Source of the DNA: Alphaproteobacteria bacterium
GTDB taxonomy: Bacteria; Pseudomonadota; Alphaproteobacteria; MPNO01
Direction of reading: 5' to 3'
Length of the DNA stretch: 64,000 bases
NCBI GenBank assembly: GCA_965248835.1
Contig: CBDFLJ010000001.1
Span: 64,001-128,000, forward strand
Shown piece by piece: positions 1-9,120 of this stretch (its first letter is position 1; every line of letters starts with the position of its first letter). A program made the translations under genes and the position numbers. A model generated the notes under the pieces. That model was not told the origin of the DNA and did not search any database. It saw only the letters and a list, made by a program, of their open reading frames with translations.

Positions 1-31
1 CGGCAGGGCCTGGCGGTGCTCGACCGGATCG

Positions 32-235
32 TCATCGGTGACTGGCCGACGCTGACGGTGGGCCGGCAATGCCCAGGCGAGAGCGGAGCCAGCGCCGGGC
101 GGCGGCGAACAACCGGGCGGTCTCGGCGGCGCGCAACAGCTCGGCCCGCCTGAGAATATCGCCGTACGCGACCGGCGGCGCGACCCAGTGGGTATCGACC
201 GGGATTCGATCTTCGGCCTGAAGTCTGTCTGACAT
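32..235 (-). CDS. small hypothetical protein (RSP_7527-like)
   Basis: 67-aa ORF from ATG at 235; 'ILRRAELLRAAETARLFAAARRWLR' resembles alphaproteobacterial RSP_7527-type small proteins. Confidence 0.5.
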   Translation of the reverse strand: MSDRLQAEDRIPVDTHWVAPPVAYGDILRRAELLRAAETARLFAAARRWLRSRLGIAGPPSASASHR

Positions 236-312
236 GGGATTCTCGCAATGCTCGATGTGGGGCGGCACGCCGACACGCGGTGCCGGGTGCGCTGTTGGAC
301 AACAGATGGGGT

Positions 313-347
313 GCGCATTTTTTGCGCCCAATGCGGAATTCGCATTG
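313..347. promoter_or_regulatory. two adjacent inverted repeats, candidate regulator binding sites
   Basis: gcgca-ttttt-tgcgc (313-327) and caatgcg-gaatt-cgcattg (329-347) in the divergent intergenic region. Confidence 0.35.
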
Positions 348-405
348 CAGCGGTGTGAATATCGATGGTCTTTTGGGGCATGTTCCACACAAGCTGGATC
401 GGCAT

Positions 406-2394
406 TTGTCTCGGATCGACGACGTCGACGACATCGACGCATTGGTGAACGGAATCCTCGGCGCGCCCGAGGCGACGGACCCCGCCGGATGGCTGTGCCT
501 GATCGATCCGCTCCCTGATGCGGAGCAAGCGGCCGCGCTGCTGGCCCGGGTGGCGCGCGCCCGCGCCGAGGACCAGACCGGGCTCGGGACGAGCCCGGCC
601 CCGCCGGAGCGCCTGGCGGCGCTGCGCGCGGAGCTCGCCCGCCGCGGACTGGACGGGTTCGTGGTGCCGCTGGCCGACGAGCATCAGGGCGAGTTCGTGC
701 CGCCGCGTGCCCAGCGTCTGGCCTGGCTGACTGGCTTCACCGGATCGGCCGGGCTGGCGATCGTGCTGGCGGAGACTGCCGCGATCTTCGTCGACGGCCG
801 CTACACGCTGCAGGTCGAAAGCCAGATCGATACCGGATCCTTCCGCCCGCTTCACCTCACCGAGCAGCCGCCGGCCGCCTGGCTGGCCAAGACCCTCCCG
901 GCCGGGGCCAGGCTCGGCTACGACCCCTGGCTCCACACCCTGGACGGTCTGGCGCGGCTGGAGACGGCGTGCGCCGACGCCGGTGCCGCCGTGGTCCCGG
1001 TGAGCGACAACCCGATCGATGCGGTCTGGTCGACCCAGCCCGCACCGCCGATCTCGCCGGCCGTGCCGCACGGCGCGGACTATGCCGGGCTCGACTCCGC
1101 GGCCAAGCGTGCCGCGCTCGCCGAGACTCTGAGCGCGCGCGAGATCGACGCGGTGGTCCTCAGCGCGCCGGACTCGATCGCCTGGCTGCTCAACATGCGC
1201 GGCGCGGATGTCCCCAACACGCCGCTGGTGCTGTCGTTTGCGATCCTGGAATCATCGGGCGCGGTCGCTTTGTTCGTCGATCCGCGCAAGATCACCAAGG
1301 CGCTGTCCGCTTCCTTCGCCGGGGCGGTCGCAGTCCAATCCTTCGCCGGCCTCGGCGCGGCGCTCGACAGCCTGGGCAAGGCCGGCCGCGCGGTCCAGAT
1401 CGATCCCCAGACCGCGCCGGTCTGGATCGCCCATCGCCTGAGGGAGGCCGGATGCGAACCGGTGCGGAGGCCCGATCCCTGCACGATGCCCAAGGCCTGC
1501 AAGAACACGGTCGAGCTTGCCGGCACGCGGGCCGCGCACGTCCGGGACGGCCGCGCCCTGGCCCGGTTTCTCGCCTGGCTCGATTCGGCCGTCCCCTCCG
1601 GCGCGGTCACCGAACTCGAAGCCAGCCGGGAGCTCTACCGCGCGCGCGCCGCAGACCCGTTGTTCCGCGGGGTAAGCTTCGATGCCATCGCCGGCGCCGG
1701 ACCCAACGGGGCGATCGTCCACTACCGGGTCGACGAAGCGTCCAACCGGATCCTGGAGCCGGGCTCGATTTTCCTGATCGATTCGGGGGGCCAGTATCTC
1801 GACGGCACCACCGACGTGACGCGGACCGTCCATATCCGAACCTTCGACGGCGCGCCGGCTTCGGCCGAAGTGCGCGACCGCTTCACACGCGTGCTCAAGG
1901 GGCATATCGCGGTGGCGCGCGCGGTGTTCCCGTGCGGCGTCAACGGCGGCCAGCTCGACACGCTGGCGCGCGCGGCGTTGTGGCAAGCCGGGCTCGACTA
2001 CGACCACGGCACCGGCCACGGCGTGGGCAGCTTCCTCGGCGTCCACGAGGGGCCGCAGCGGATCTCCAAAGCCGGCGCCTCGGTCGCGCTGGCGCCGGGC
2101 ATGATCCTTTCCAACGAGCCCGGCTACTACAAGACCGGCGCCTACGGCATCCGGATCGAGAATCTGGTCATCGTCGTCGAGCACGAGCCCGTCGCCGGCG
2201 CCGACCGTCCGCTGCTGGCAATGGAGACCATCACCTTCGCTCCGATCGACCGCGCTCTGATAGAGCGGGCGCTGATGTCCCCGGACGAGATCGCCTGGCT
2301 CGACCAATACCACGAAACGGTGTTCGCCAAGCTCGCCCCGGGTCTGGACGAGCGCACGACCGGGTGGCTTGGCGCGGCCTGCGCACCGCTCTAA
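406..2394 (+). CDS. Xaa-Pro aminopeptidase (aminopeptidase P, M24B) with N-terminal extension
   Basis: motifs DEHQGE, GFTGSAG, DSGGQYLDGTTDVTR, HGTGHGVG, NEPGYY, GIRIEN; start uncertain (ORF open from 280, TTG 406 chosen). Confidence 0.9.
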   Translation: MSRIDDVDDIDALVNGILGAPEATDPAGWLCLIDPLPDAEQAAALLARVARARAEDQTGLGTSPAPPERLAALRAELARRGLDGFVVPLADEHQGEFVPPRAQRLAWLTGFTGSAGLAIVLAETAAIFVDGRYTLQVESQIDTGSFRPLHLTEQPPAAWLAKTLPAGARLGYDPWLHTLDGLARLETACADAGAAVVPVSDNPIDAVWSTQPAPPISPAVPHGADYAGLDSAAKRAALAETLSAREIDAVVLSAPDSIAWLLNMRGADVPNTPLVLSFAILESSGAVALFVDPRKITKALSASFAGAVAVQSFAGLGAALDSLGKAGRAVQIDPQTAPVWIAHRLREAGCEPVRRPDPCTMPKACKNTVELAGTRAAHVRDGRALARFLAWLDSAVPSGAVTELEASRELYRARAADPLFRGVSFDAIAGAGPNGAIVHYRVDEASNRILEPGSIFLIDSGGQYLDGTTDVTRTVHIRTFDGAPASAEVRDRFTRVLKGHIAVARAVFPCGVNGGQLDTLARAALWQAGLDYDHGTGHGVGSFLGVHEGPQRISKAGASVALAPGMILSNEPGYYKTGAYGIRIENLVIVVEHEPVAGADRPLLAMETITFAPIDRALIERALMSPDEIAWLDQYHETVFAKLAPGLDERTTGWLGAACAPL

Positions 2395-3644
2395 GCGCCC
2401 GGATAGCGTTCGGCATAGGCCGCTTGGGCAGCCCGGAAGCATTCGATCGGCGCCCGGACGACGCCGGCGCCGATCTGCCCACCGTCGCGGCCGGCGATTC
2501 CGATATCCATCACCGGCAGGATTCCGGTCTCGACCACGCGGTGGATGTCGATGCCGGTGGGCGTGCCGCGGTAGCCGAGATAGGGGATCTTGTAGTCCGG
2601 GTTCTCGCCGTGGGTGATCGCGTACATCTCCAGGTTGCGGGCGACCATCGCCTCGGCCGAGCCGCCCTGGTAGCGCTGCAGCGGGAACGAGGCGGCCTGG
2701 GCGAAGCCGCCGATCCCGATGGTCTCGGCGATGATGCTCTCGCCGCCCATCCAGGTGATCTCGTCCTCGCCATGGCCCTCGAACAGCTTGGCCGACACCG
2801 AAGCGTGCGGGCCGGTGAACCACCGCCTGCCGAGCCCGCTGACCCGGATCGCGAAGTTGCGGCAGTTGAAGGCCATGGCGCTCACCAGGCTCGAGCCCAC
2901 GATGTCCGCGGCCGCGTCGGCGGTGCACTTGGCCGCTGCCATCGACAGCCGGAGAAAGAAGTAGTGATCCTCGGTCAGCGCCCGGACGGTCTGCTCGACC
3001 GCTTCGTGCCGGGCGGGGTCGATACGCAGCAGGTACGCGAACAGTTCGCACGCGAACAATAGCGAGGCCGCGGTATTGCGGCTGTGCAGCTCATCGCCCA
3101 TATGGAGCCCGCGCTGCATGATCGGCTTGAGCGGGATGCCGCCGCTCGCGCGCACCGCATCGGCGATCACCGGAGCAACGACGTCCTGAACGAACAGCAG
3201 CCGGTCCCTGACGCCGTGATCGTAGACGCCGTAGTTCAGCCGGCGCGGGTTCGTGCCCTCGTACATGTTGCAGTAGCCGGTCTTGCCGGTCGCCCTGTTC
3301 TCGACCACGAAGACCGGCATCGAGGCGGTATAGATCCCGGCGAGCGAGCCGACGCAGCCGTAATCGTGGCAGCCGTCGACCTTGATCTCGCCCGAGGCGA
3401 GCTTGCGCTCGGCCTCATCGCGGTCGGCCGCCAAGCCCTCGAACAGCGCGCCGCCGATAACCGCTTCGCGCTGCCCGCCCGTGTAGTCCGGCCAGGAGAG
3501 CGCGGGTCCCGAGGTCAGCACGGTCTCCCGCGTCATGCCGGGCAAGGCCTCGATCGCCGGTCGGATGTCGGTCAGCACCGGTTCGGCCGCGCCGAGCCGA
3601 CTGAACGCCTCGTCGTTGGCCGCCCGTCGATCGATCGGTGCCAC
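2391..3644 (-). CDS. DUF1116 family protein (YlbE/YahG/AllG-like)
   Basis: motifs GALFEGLA, CHDYGCVGSLAG, MGDELHSRN, GESIIAETIGIGG, GTPTGID, GQIGAG. Confidence 0.85.
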   Translation of the reverse strand: MAPIDRRAANDEAFSRLGAAEPVLTDIRPAIEALPGMTRETVLTSGPALSWPDYTGGQREAVIGGALFEGLAADRDEAERKLASGEIKVDGCHDYGCVGSLAGIYTASMPVFVVENRATGKTGYCNMYEGTNPRRLNYGVYDHGVRDRLLFVQDVVAPVIADAVRASGGIPLKPIMQRGLHMGDELHSRNTAASLLFACELFAYLLRIDPARHEAVEQTVRALTEDHYFFLRLSMAAAKCTADAAADIVGSSLVSAMAFNCRNFAIRVSGLGRRWFTGPHASVSAKLFEGHGEDEITWMGGESIIAETIGIGGFAQAASFPLQRYQGGSAEAMVARNLEMYAITHGENPDYKIPYLGYRGTPTGIDIHRVVETGILPVMDIGIAGRDGGQIGAGVVRAPIECFRAAQAAYAERYPGA

Positions 3645-3679
3645 GAAAGAGTCCGGAAGTTGGCGCGGCGGAGGCCCGC

Positions 3680-4306
3680 TTACGCGGCGAGACTGGCGAG
3701 ATTATTGACCAGGAAGACCAGCCCTACGCCCAGCACCGCACCGCCCGCGATCCGCACCGGTTTCGCGTTCAGGGCGGCAACTTCGTCCAGGCGCAGGAGA
3801 CCGACCACCCCGGCGGCAATCGCGTACTGGACCGCGACCAGACCGATGAGATAGGCGATCAAGGGCGCCGCCTCGGCGCCGAGAATGCTCTCGCCGTAGG
3901 CGTAGCCGTGAAACAGCCCGGCGAGCGCGAACAGCACCGCCGAGACCGTCACCGGCAGGGAGCGCGCGCGGATGGCGAGCCCGCCGAGCACGATCACCGA
4001 CAGCGCGATTGCGAACTCGGCGCTCGGCATGCCGAGCGCCGCCAGGTGGAAGCCGATGCCGATGATCATCGCCGCCAGAAAACAGGCCGGCAACGCGTAG
4101 GCACGGCGATGAAGTGAAGCGATTAGCCCGACGGCGACCACGAACGCAAAATGGTCGAGCCCGATGATCGGATGGCCGAAACCGGACAGGAGCCCTTGAA
4201 GGAAGGTCTGCGGGAGCGTCCCGTCCATTGCGTGATGGGCATGAGCGGTCGCGGAAAATGCCGACAACGACACCACGATTCCAAGGCACAGCCGAAGATT
4301 CCTCAT
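3680..4306 (-). CDS. HupE/UreJ family Ni/Co transporter
   Basis: signal peptide ending AHAHH, GFGHPIIGLDH, GLFHGYAYGE, several TM helices. Confidence 0.9.
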   Translation of the reverse strand: MRNLRLCLGIVVSLSAFSATAHAHHAMDGTLPQTFLQGLLSGFGHPIIGLDHFAFVVAVGLIASLHRRAYALPACFLAAMIIGIGFHLAALGMPSAEFAIALSVIVLGGLAIRARSLPVTVSAVLFALAGLFHGYAYGESILGAEAAPLIAYLIGLVAVQYAIAAGVVGLLRLDEVAALNAKPVRIAGGAVLGVGLVFLVNNLASLAA

Positions 4307-4371
4307 CGATGCTCTCCCGGTTACGCCCGCGAATTAGCGTCACCGCAAACCGGCCTGTCAATGCTGAGCTG

Positions 4372-5364
4372 CTATTCGAAAGGCAGCAGCACGCTTGCCC
4401 CGGTCGTGCGGCGCCCCTCGATAGCGCGGTGGGCCTCGGCGACCTCGCGGAGCGGGTAAAGATGGTTGATCGCCGGCTTCACCGCGCCGGAGGCGACCAC
4501 CGAGAACAGGTCTCGCGCGCCGGCTACCATGTCGGCGCGCTTGGCCATGTAGTGCATGATCGCCGGACGGGTCAGGAACAACGAGCCGCGGGCGCCGAGC
4601 TCGATCACGTCGACCGGGTCCGGTGCGCCGGACGCATGGCCATAGCTCGCCATCATGCCCAACGGGCGCAGGCAGTCCATCGAGCGCCGGAATGTGTCCT
4701 TGCCGATGGACTCGTAGACCACCGCGCAGCCTTCGCCGCCGGTCACCTCCTTGACGGTGGCAACGAAGTCGCCCTTGCCGTGGACGATCGGGTGATCGCA
4801 GCCGGCCGCGCGGGCCTGGGCCGCCTTGTCCTCGCTGCTGACGGTGCCGATGACGGTCGCCCCCAGATGTTTGCCCCACTGGCACAGGATCTGGCCCATC
4901 CCGCCGGCCGCGGCATGGACCAGGATCGCATCGCCCGGCTGGACCCGGTGGGTCCGCCGCAGAAGGTATTGAGCGGTCAGTCCCTTGAGCATCAGGGCGG
5001 CGACCGTCCGCGCGTCGATCCCCTCGGGCACGGCGAGCAGCTTGTCCGCCGGATAGACCCGCTCCTGGCTGTAGGCGCCGTGCGGCGGCATGGCATAGCC
5101 GACCCGGTCGCCCGGCTTGAAGTCGACCACCCCGGGGCCGGTGTCCGTGACCACGCCCGCGCCCTCGAACCCGAGCACCAGGGGCAGGTCGGGCACCGGC
5201 CAGGGATGCGGCATGCCGCGCCGGTGGTAGGTATCGACATAGTTGACTCCGACCGCCTCGTTGCGCAGCCGGACCTCGCCCGGTCCCGGGTCGGGAACCG
5301 CGACCTCCTCCCAGCGGAAGACGTCCGGCGTGCCCTTTTCGTGGATGACCGCGGCCATCGGCAT
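4372..5364 (-). CDS. qor: NADPH:quinone oxidoreductase (zeta-crystallin family)
   Basis: GVNYVD, LKGLTAQYL, HAAAGGMG, YGHASG, GSLFLTRP, RRTTG. Confidence 0.88.
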   Translation of the reverse strand: MPMAAVIHEKGTPDVFRWEEVAVPDPGPGEVRLRNEAVGVNYVDTYHRRGMPHPWPVPDLPLVLGFEGAGVVTDTGPGVVDFKPGDRVGYAMPPHGAYSQERVYPADKLLAVPEGIDARTVAALMLKGLTAQYLLRRTHRVQPGDAILVHAAAGGMGQILCQWGKHLGATVIGTVSSEDKAAQARAAGCDHPIVHGKGDFVATVKEVTGGEGCAVVYESIGKDTFRRSMDCLRPLGMMASYGHASGAPDPVDVIELGARGSLFLTRPAIMHYMAKRADMVAGARDLFSVVASGAVKPAINHLYPLREVAEAHRAIEGRRTTGASVLLPFE

Positions 5365-5484
5365 GTGTGCAAATCCCCCGTGAAACCGCCTGTTCGGTCA
5401 CATTACTGGAGCGCCCGCGCGATTGCGACCGGACCGGCCATCGGACATACTCCGCCGGTTCGAACGGTGCGGGAGGCAGAGCCG

Positions 5485-6342
5485 ATGGAGTTTCACGACC
5501 CGACGACGGTCGGCGAAGCGGTCGCGCTGCTCGCCGCCGACGAAGAGGCGCGCTGCCTTGCCGGCGGGGCGACGCTGGTCGCGATGATGAATGCCGATCT
5601 GGTCATGCCTTCAGCGCTGGTGAGCCTGCGCCATATCGCCGATCTCAAGGGCATCATGCCGCAATCCGACGGCGCGCTGCGGATCGGCGCGATGACCTCG
5701 CACCATACGGTCGCGACCGCCGAAGCGCTGTCCGGCGCGCACGTGCTGTTGCGCCAGACCGCGCGGGTGATCGGCCATCCGGCGATCCGCAACATGGGAA
5801 CGATCGGCGGCTCGATCGGCCATGGCGACCCGGCCGCCGACTACCCGGGCGCGCTGGTCGCGCTCGATGCCGCAGTCGAGATCGCGGGGCCCGAGGGCAC
5901 CCGGACGGTCGCGGCGGAGGACTTCTTCATCGACTATCTGGAAGTCGCGCTCGAGCCGGGCGAGCTGATTACCGCGGTCACGCTGCCCCCCTCGCCCGCC
6001 GGCGCTTCGGGCGGCTACGAGAAGTTCGCCCGGGTCGAGGGCGATTACGCCACCGTCTCGGTCGCCGCGGTCGTCGCAATGGATGGCGATCGCTGCGGTT
6101 CGATCCGGGTCGCGGTGGGAAGCTGCGGGCCGAAGCCGGTGCGCGTGGCCGCGGCCGAGGACCGGCTCAAGGGCTCGGCGCTCGATCGGGCGGCCATCGA
6201 GGAGGCTGCGGCGATGATCGCCCAGGCGTGCGATCCGGTCGATGACGTGCGCGGGTCGAGTGAATACCGGTTGATGCTGATCCCGCCGCTGCTTGGCCGC
6301 GCGATTGCCAAGGCGCGGGCCGGCGAAGGGGCAGGCCGATGA
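5485..6342 (+). CDS. xanthine dehydrogenase family FAD-binding subunit (CoxM-like)
   Basis: AGGATL, IRNMGTIGGS, DPAAD, DDVRGSSEYR; ATG 5485 after GGGAGG. Confidence 0.9.
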   Translation: MEFHDPTTVGEAVALLAADEEARCLAGGATLVAMMNADLVMPSALVSLRHIADLKGIMPQSDGALRIGAMTSHHTVATAEALSGAHVLLRQTARVIGHPAIRNMGTIGGSIGHGDPAADYPGALVALDAAVEIAGPEGTRTVAAEDFFIDYLEVALEPGELITAVTLPPSPAGASGGYEKFARVEGDYATVSVAAVVAMDGDRCGSIRVAVGSCGPKPVRVAAAEDRLKGSALDRAAIEEAAAMIAQACDPVDDVRGSSEYRLMLIPPLLGRAIAKARAGEGAGR

Positions 6343-6815
6343 ACGATGCGATCTCGATCACACTCAACGTCAACGGCCGCGCGCGCCAGATGTTCGTCCA
6401 GCCCTGGCACACGCTGCTCCAGGTGCTGCGCGAGCAGGTCTCCCTGACCGGCGCCAAGCGCGGTTGCAACCAGGGCGTCTGCGGCGCCTGCTCGGTGCTG
6501 ATCGACGGCGAGGTTGCGCGCGGCTGCCTGACGCTTGCGGTCAACGCGACGGGCCGGGAGATCACGACCATCGAGGGGCTGGGCGAGGCCGCGGCGCTGT
6601 CGCCGGTCCAGCAGGCCTTCCTCGAAAGCGGCGCGGTCCAGTGCGGGTTCTGCATGCCCGGCATGATCGTCGCCGCGACCGCGCTGCTCAGCCGCGCGCC
6701 GGAGCCGAGCGAGGCGGAGATCCGCGACGGGCTCTCAGGCAATCTGTGCCGCTGTTCCGGCTATGTGAAGGTCATCGAAGCGGTGCGCGCAGCAAGCACG
6801 GGGGGGGCGTCATGA
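6339..6815 (+). CDS. xanthine dehydrogenase family 2Fe-2S subunit (CoxS-like)
   Basis: GCNQGVCGAC, QCGFC, GNLCRC; ATGA overlaps with both neighbours. Confidence 0.93.
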   Translation: MNDAISITLNVNGRARQMFVQPWHTLLQVLREQVSLTGAKRGCNQGVCGACSVLIDGEVARGCLTLAVNATGREITTIEGLGEAAALSPVQQAFLESGAVQCGFCMPGMIVAATALLSRAPEPSEAEIRDGLSGNLCRCSGYVKVIEAVRAASTGGAS

Positions 6816-9118
6816 ACGATCGACAGGGACCCGTCGGACGCGGAATTCCCCGGCTGGAGACCGGCGACAAGATCACCGGCAGGGCGGTCTATTGCGACGA
6901 CATGACACGGCCGGGCATGCTGTTCGGGGTGATCGTTGCAAGCCCGCACGCCCATGCCCGGATCACCGGCTACGACGTCTCGGCCGCGCTCGCGCTCGAC
7001 GGCGTCGAGGCGGTGGTCACCGGCGAGGACATCGGTGCCAACCGGATCGGCCCCTTCATCAAGGACGAGACCGCGCTGGCGGTCGGCAAGGTCCGCTACA
7101 TGGGCGAGCCGGTGGCGGCCGTCGCCGCGGTCGACCTGGAGACCGCCAAGAAGGCCGCCGGCCTGATCGACATAAGCTATGAGGCGCTGCCGGCGGTCTT
7201 CACCCCGGAAGAGGCGACCGCCGAAGGCGCGCCGGTCCTGCACGACGGGTTCGCCGATTACATCAAGATATTCGAGGCCGATAGCGCGCCCAACACCATG
7301 GCGATCATCGAGATCGTCGAGGGCGATGTCGGCGCGGCCTGGGAGAAATGCGCCGCGGTGGTCGAGGGGACCTACGAGACCCAGGCCCAGGCCCATTCCT
7401 ACATGGAACCGTGCTCGGCGCTGGCCGAGATCGATTCCAACGGCAAGATCACCATCTGGTCGTCGAACCAATCGGTCTTCCACGTCCAGGCGTTCGTCGC
7501 CGATGCGCTGGGCATGCCGATGTCCAAGGTCCGCTGCGTGACTCCGCATGTGGGCGGGGCCTTCGGCGGCAAGATGGAACAGACCGTCCAGCCGGCCGCC
7601 GCGGCGCTGGCGCGGGCCACCGGCCGGCCGGTCAAGCTCACGCTGAGCCGCGAGCAGGACTTCGAGATGATCCGCTCGCGCCACCCGGGCAGGGTCTGGA
7701 TGAAGACCGGGGCCGCTTCCGACGGCACGCTGCTCGCCCGCGAGGTCAGGATCGTCATGGATGCCGGCGCCTATGCCGACGACAGCCCGGGCGTGGCCGG
7801 GATCGCGGCCCTGTTCTGCCGCGGTCCCTACCATATCGAGAATGTCTCGATCCAATCGCGGCCGGTCTATACCAACAAGCTGCGCGCCGGCGCCTTCCGC
7901 GGCTTCGGCGGCCCGCAGGTCGCGATCGCCGGCGAGACCCAAATCGATGAGATCGCCGACGCGCTGGGAATGGATCCGATCGACCTGCGGCTGAAGAACG
8001 TGGTGCGAGCGGAATCGGAATGGATGATGGGGCTCGCGCTCAACAAGGCCGGGCTCGGCGAATGCTTGCGGCGCGTGCGCGCGGCATCGGACTGGGACAA
8101 GCGGCGCAAGGAGGGCGGGATCGGCTTGGGCACCAGGCGCGGCATCGGGATCGCCTGCGTGCCGCACATCTCCGGCGTGCTGACCTCGGGCGCGATCATC
8201 CGCATCCTGGAGGACGGCACGGCGGTTCTCAACACCGGGGCCGTCGACAACGGCCAGGGCTCCGATACCGTCCTGGTCCAGATCTGCGCCGAGGCGCTCG
8301 GGCTCGAAGTCGAGGACGTGAGCGTGGCCACGCCGGATACCGACGGCTCGCCCTACAACTGGGGGACCACCGCGAGCCGGGTGACCTACATGGCCGGGCG
8401 CGCGGTCGTCAAGGCGGCCGAAGAGGTCGTTGCCAAGCTCAAGCAGCGCGCGGCGGTGATGATGGAGTGCGCCGAGGAGGATCTCGAGCTTCGCCCCGGC
8501 GGGCGCATCGGCATCGCCGGGGTACCCGAGGCCGAAGTCCGGTTCCGCGACATCTCCGGTTTCTCCCACTGGGTCGCCGGCGGGCCGGTGATCGGCACCG
8601 ACTCGCTGGCCTATGACGGCCCGGATTTCGACCCCAAGCGCGGGTTCGTGAAGGGATTCCCCTTCGGCAAGATCGGCGCCTGGATCTTCGCCGCCCAGGC
8701 CGTCGAGATCGAGGTCGACGAGGCGACGGGCCGGATCACGCCGCTCAGGGTCTGGTCGGCGCACGACGTCGGCAAGGCGATCAACCCGATGGCAGTAGAG
8801 GGCCAGATTCAGGGCGGCGTGGTCCAGGGGCTGGGATACGCGCTCTACGAGGAGATGGTCTGGGATTCCGGCCGGCTCGCGAACCCCTCCTTCATGGACT
8901 ACAAGATCCCCGGCACCATGGACGTCCCGCTGGAGATCGAGACCATCCTGGTCGAGGACGCGGACCGGGACGGCCCGTTCGGCGCCAAGGGAATCGGCGA
9001 GCCGCCGATCGTCGGCATCGCGCCGGCGATCTCGAACGCGGTGGCGCATGCGGCCGGAATCCGCCTCAAGCGCCTGCCGATGACGCCGGAGCGGGTGTTG
9101 AGGGCGCTGCGGCAATAG
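6812..9118 (+). CDS. xanthine dehydrogenase family molybdopterin-binding subunit
   Basis: VGGAFGGK, AFRGFGGPQ, GQGSDT, TTASR, EGQIQGG, GAKGIGE. Confidence 0.93.
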   Translation: MNDRQGPVGRGIPRLETGDKITGRAVYCDDMTRPGMLFGVIVASPHAHARITGYDVSAALALDGVEAVVTGEDIGANRIGPFIKDETALAVGKVRYMGEPVAAVAAVDLETAKKAAGLIDISYEALPAVFTPEEATAEGAPVLHDGFADYIKIFEADSAPNTMAIIEIVEGDVGAAWEKCAAVVEGTYETQAQAHSYMEPCSALAEIDSNGKITIWSSNQSVFHVQAFVADALGMPMSKVRCVTPHVGGAFGGKMEQTVQPAAAALARATGRPVKLTLSREQDFEMIRSRHPGRVWMKTGAASDGTLLAREVRIVMDAGAYADDSPGVAGIAALFCRGPYHIENVSIQSRPVYTNKLRAGAFRGFGGPQVAIAGETQIDEIADALGMDPIDLRLKNVVRAESEWMMGLALNKAGLGECLRRVRAASDWDKRRKEGGIGLGTRRGIGIACVPHISGVLTSGAIIRILEDGTAVLNTGAVDNGQGSDTVLVQICAEALGLEVEDVSVATPDTDGSPYNWGTTASRVTYMAGRAVVKAAEEVVAKLKQRAAVMMECAEEDLELRPGGRIGIAGVPEAEVRFRDISGFSHWVAGGPVIGTDSLAYDGPDFDPKRGFVKGFPFGKIGAWIFAAQAVEIEVDEATGRITPLRVWSAHDVGKAINPMAVEGQIQGGVVQGLGYALYEEMVWDSGRLANPSFMDYKIPGTMDVPLEIETILVEDADRDGPFGAKGIGEPPIVGIAPAISNAVAHAAGIRLKRLPMTPERVLRALRQ

Positions 9119-9120
9119 CC

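Noticed and set aside
4307-4371. Cobalamin or metal riboswitch upstream of hupE/ureJ
   Set aside because: Only 65 nt of intergenic space and no recognisable conserved box.
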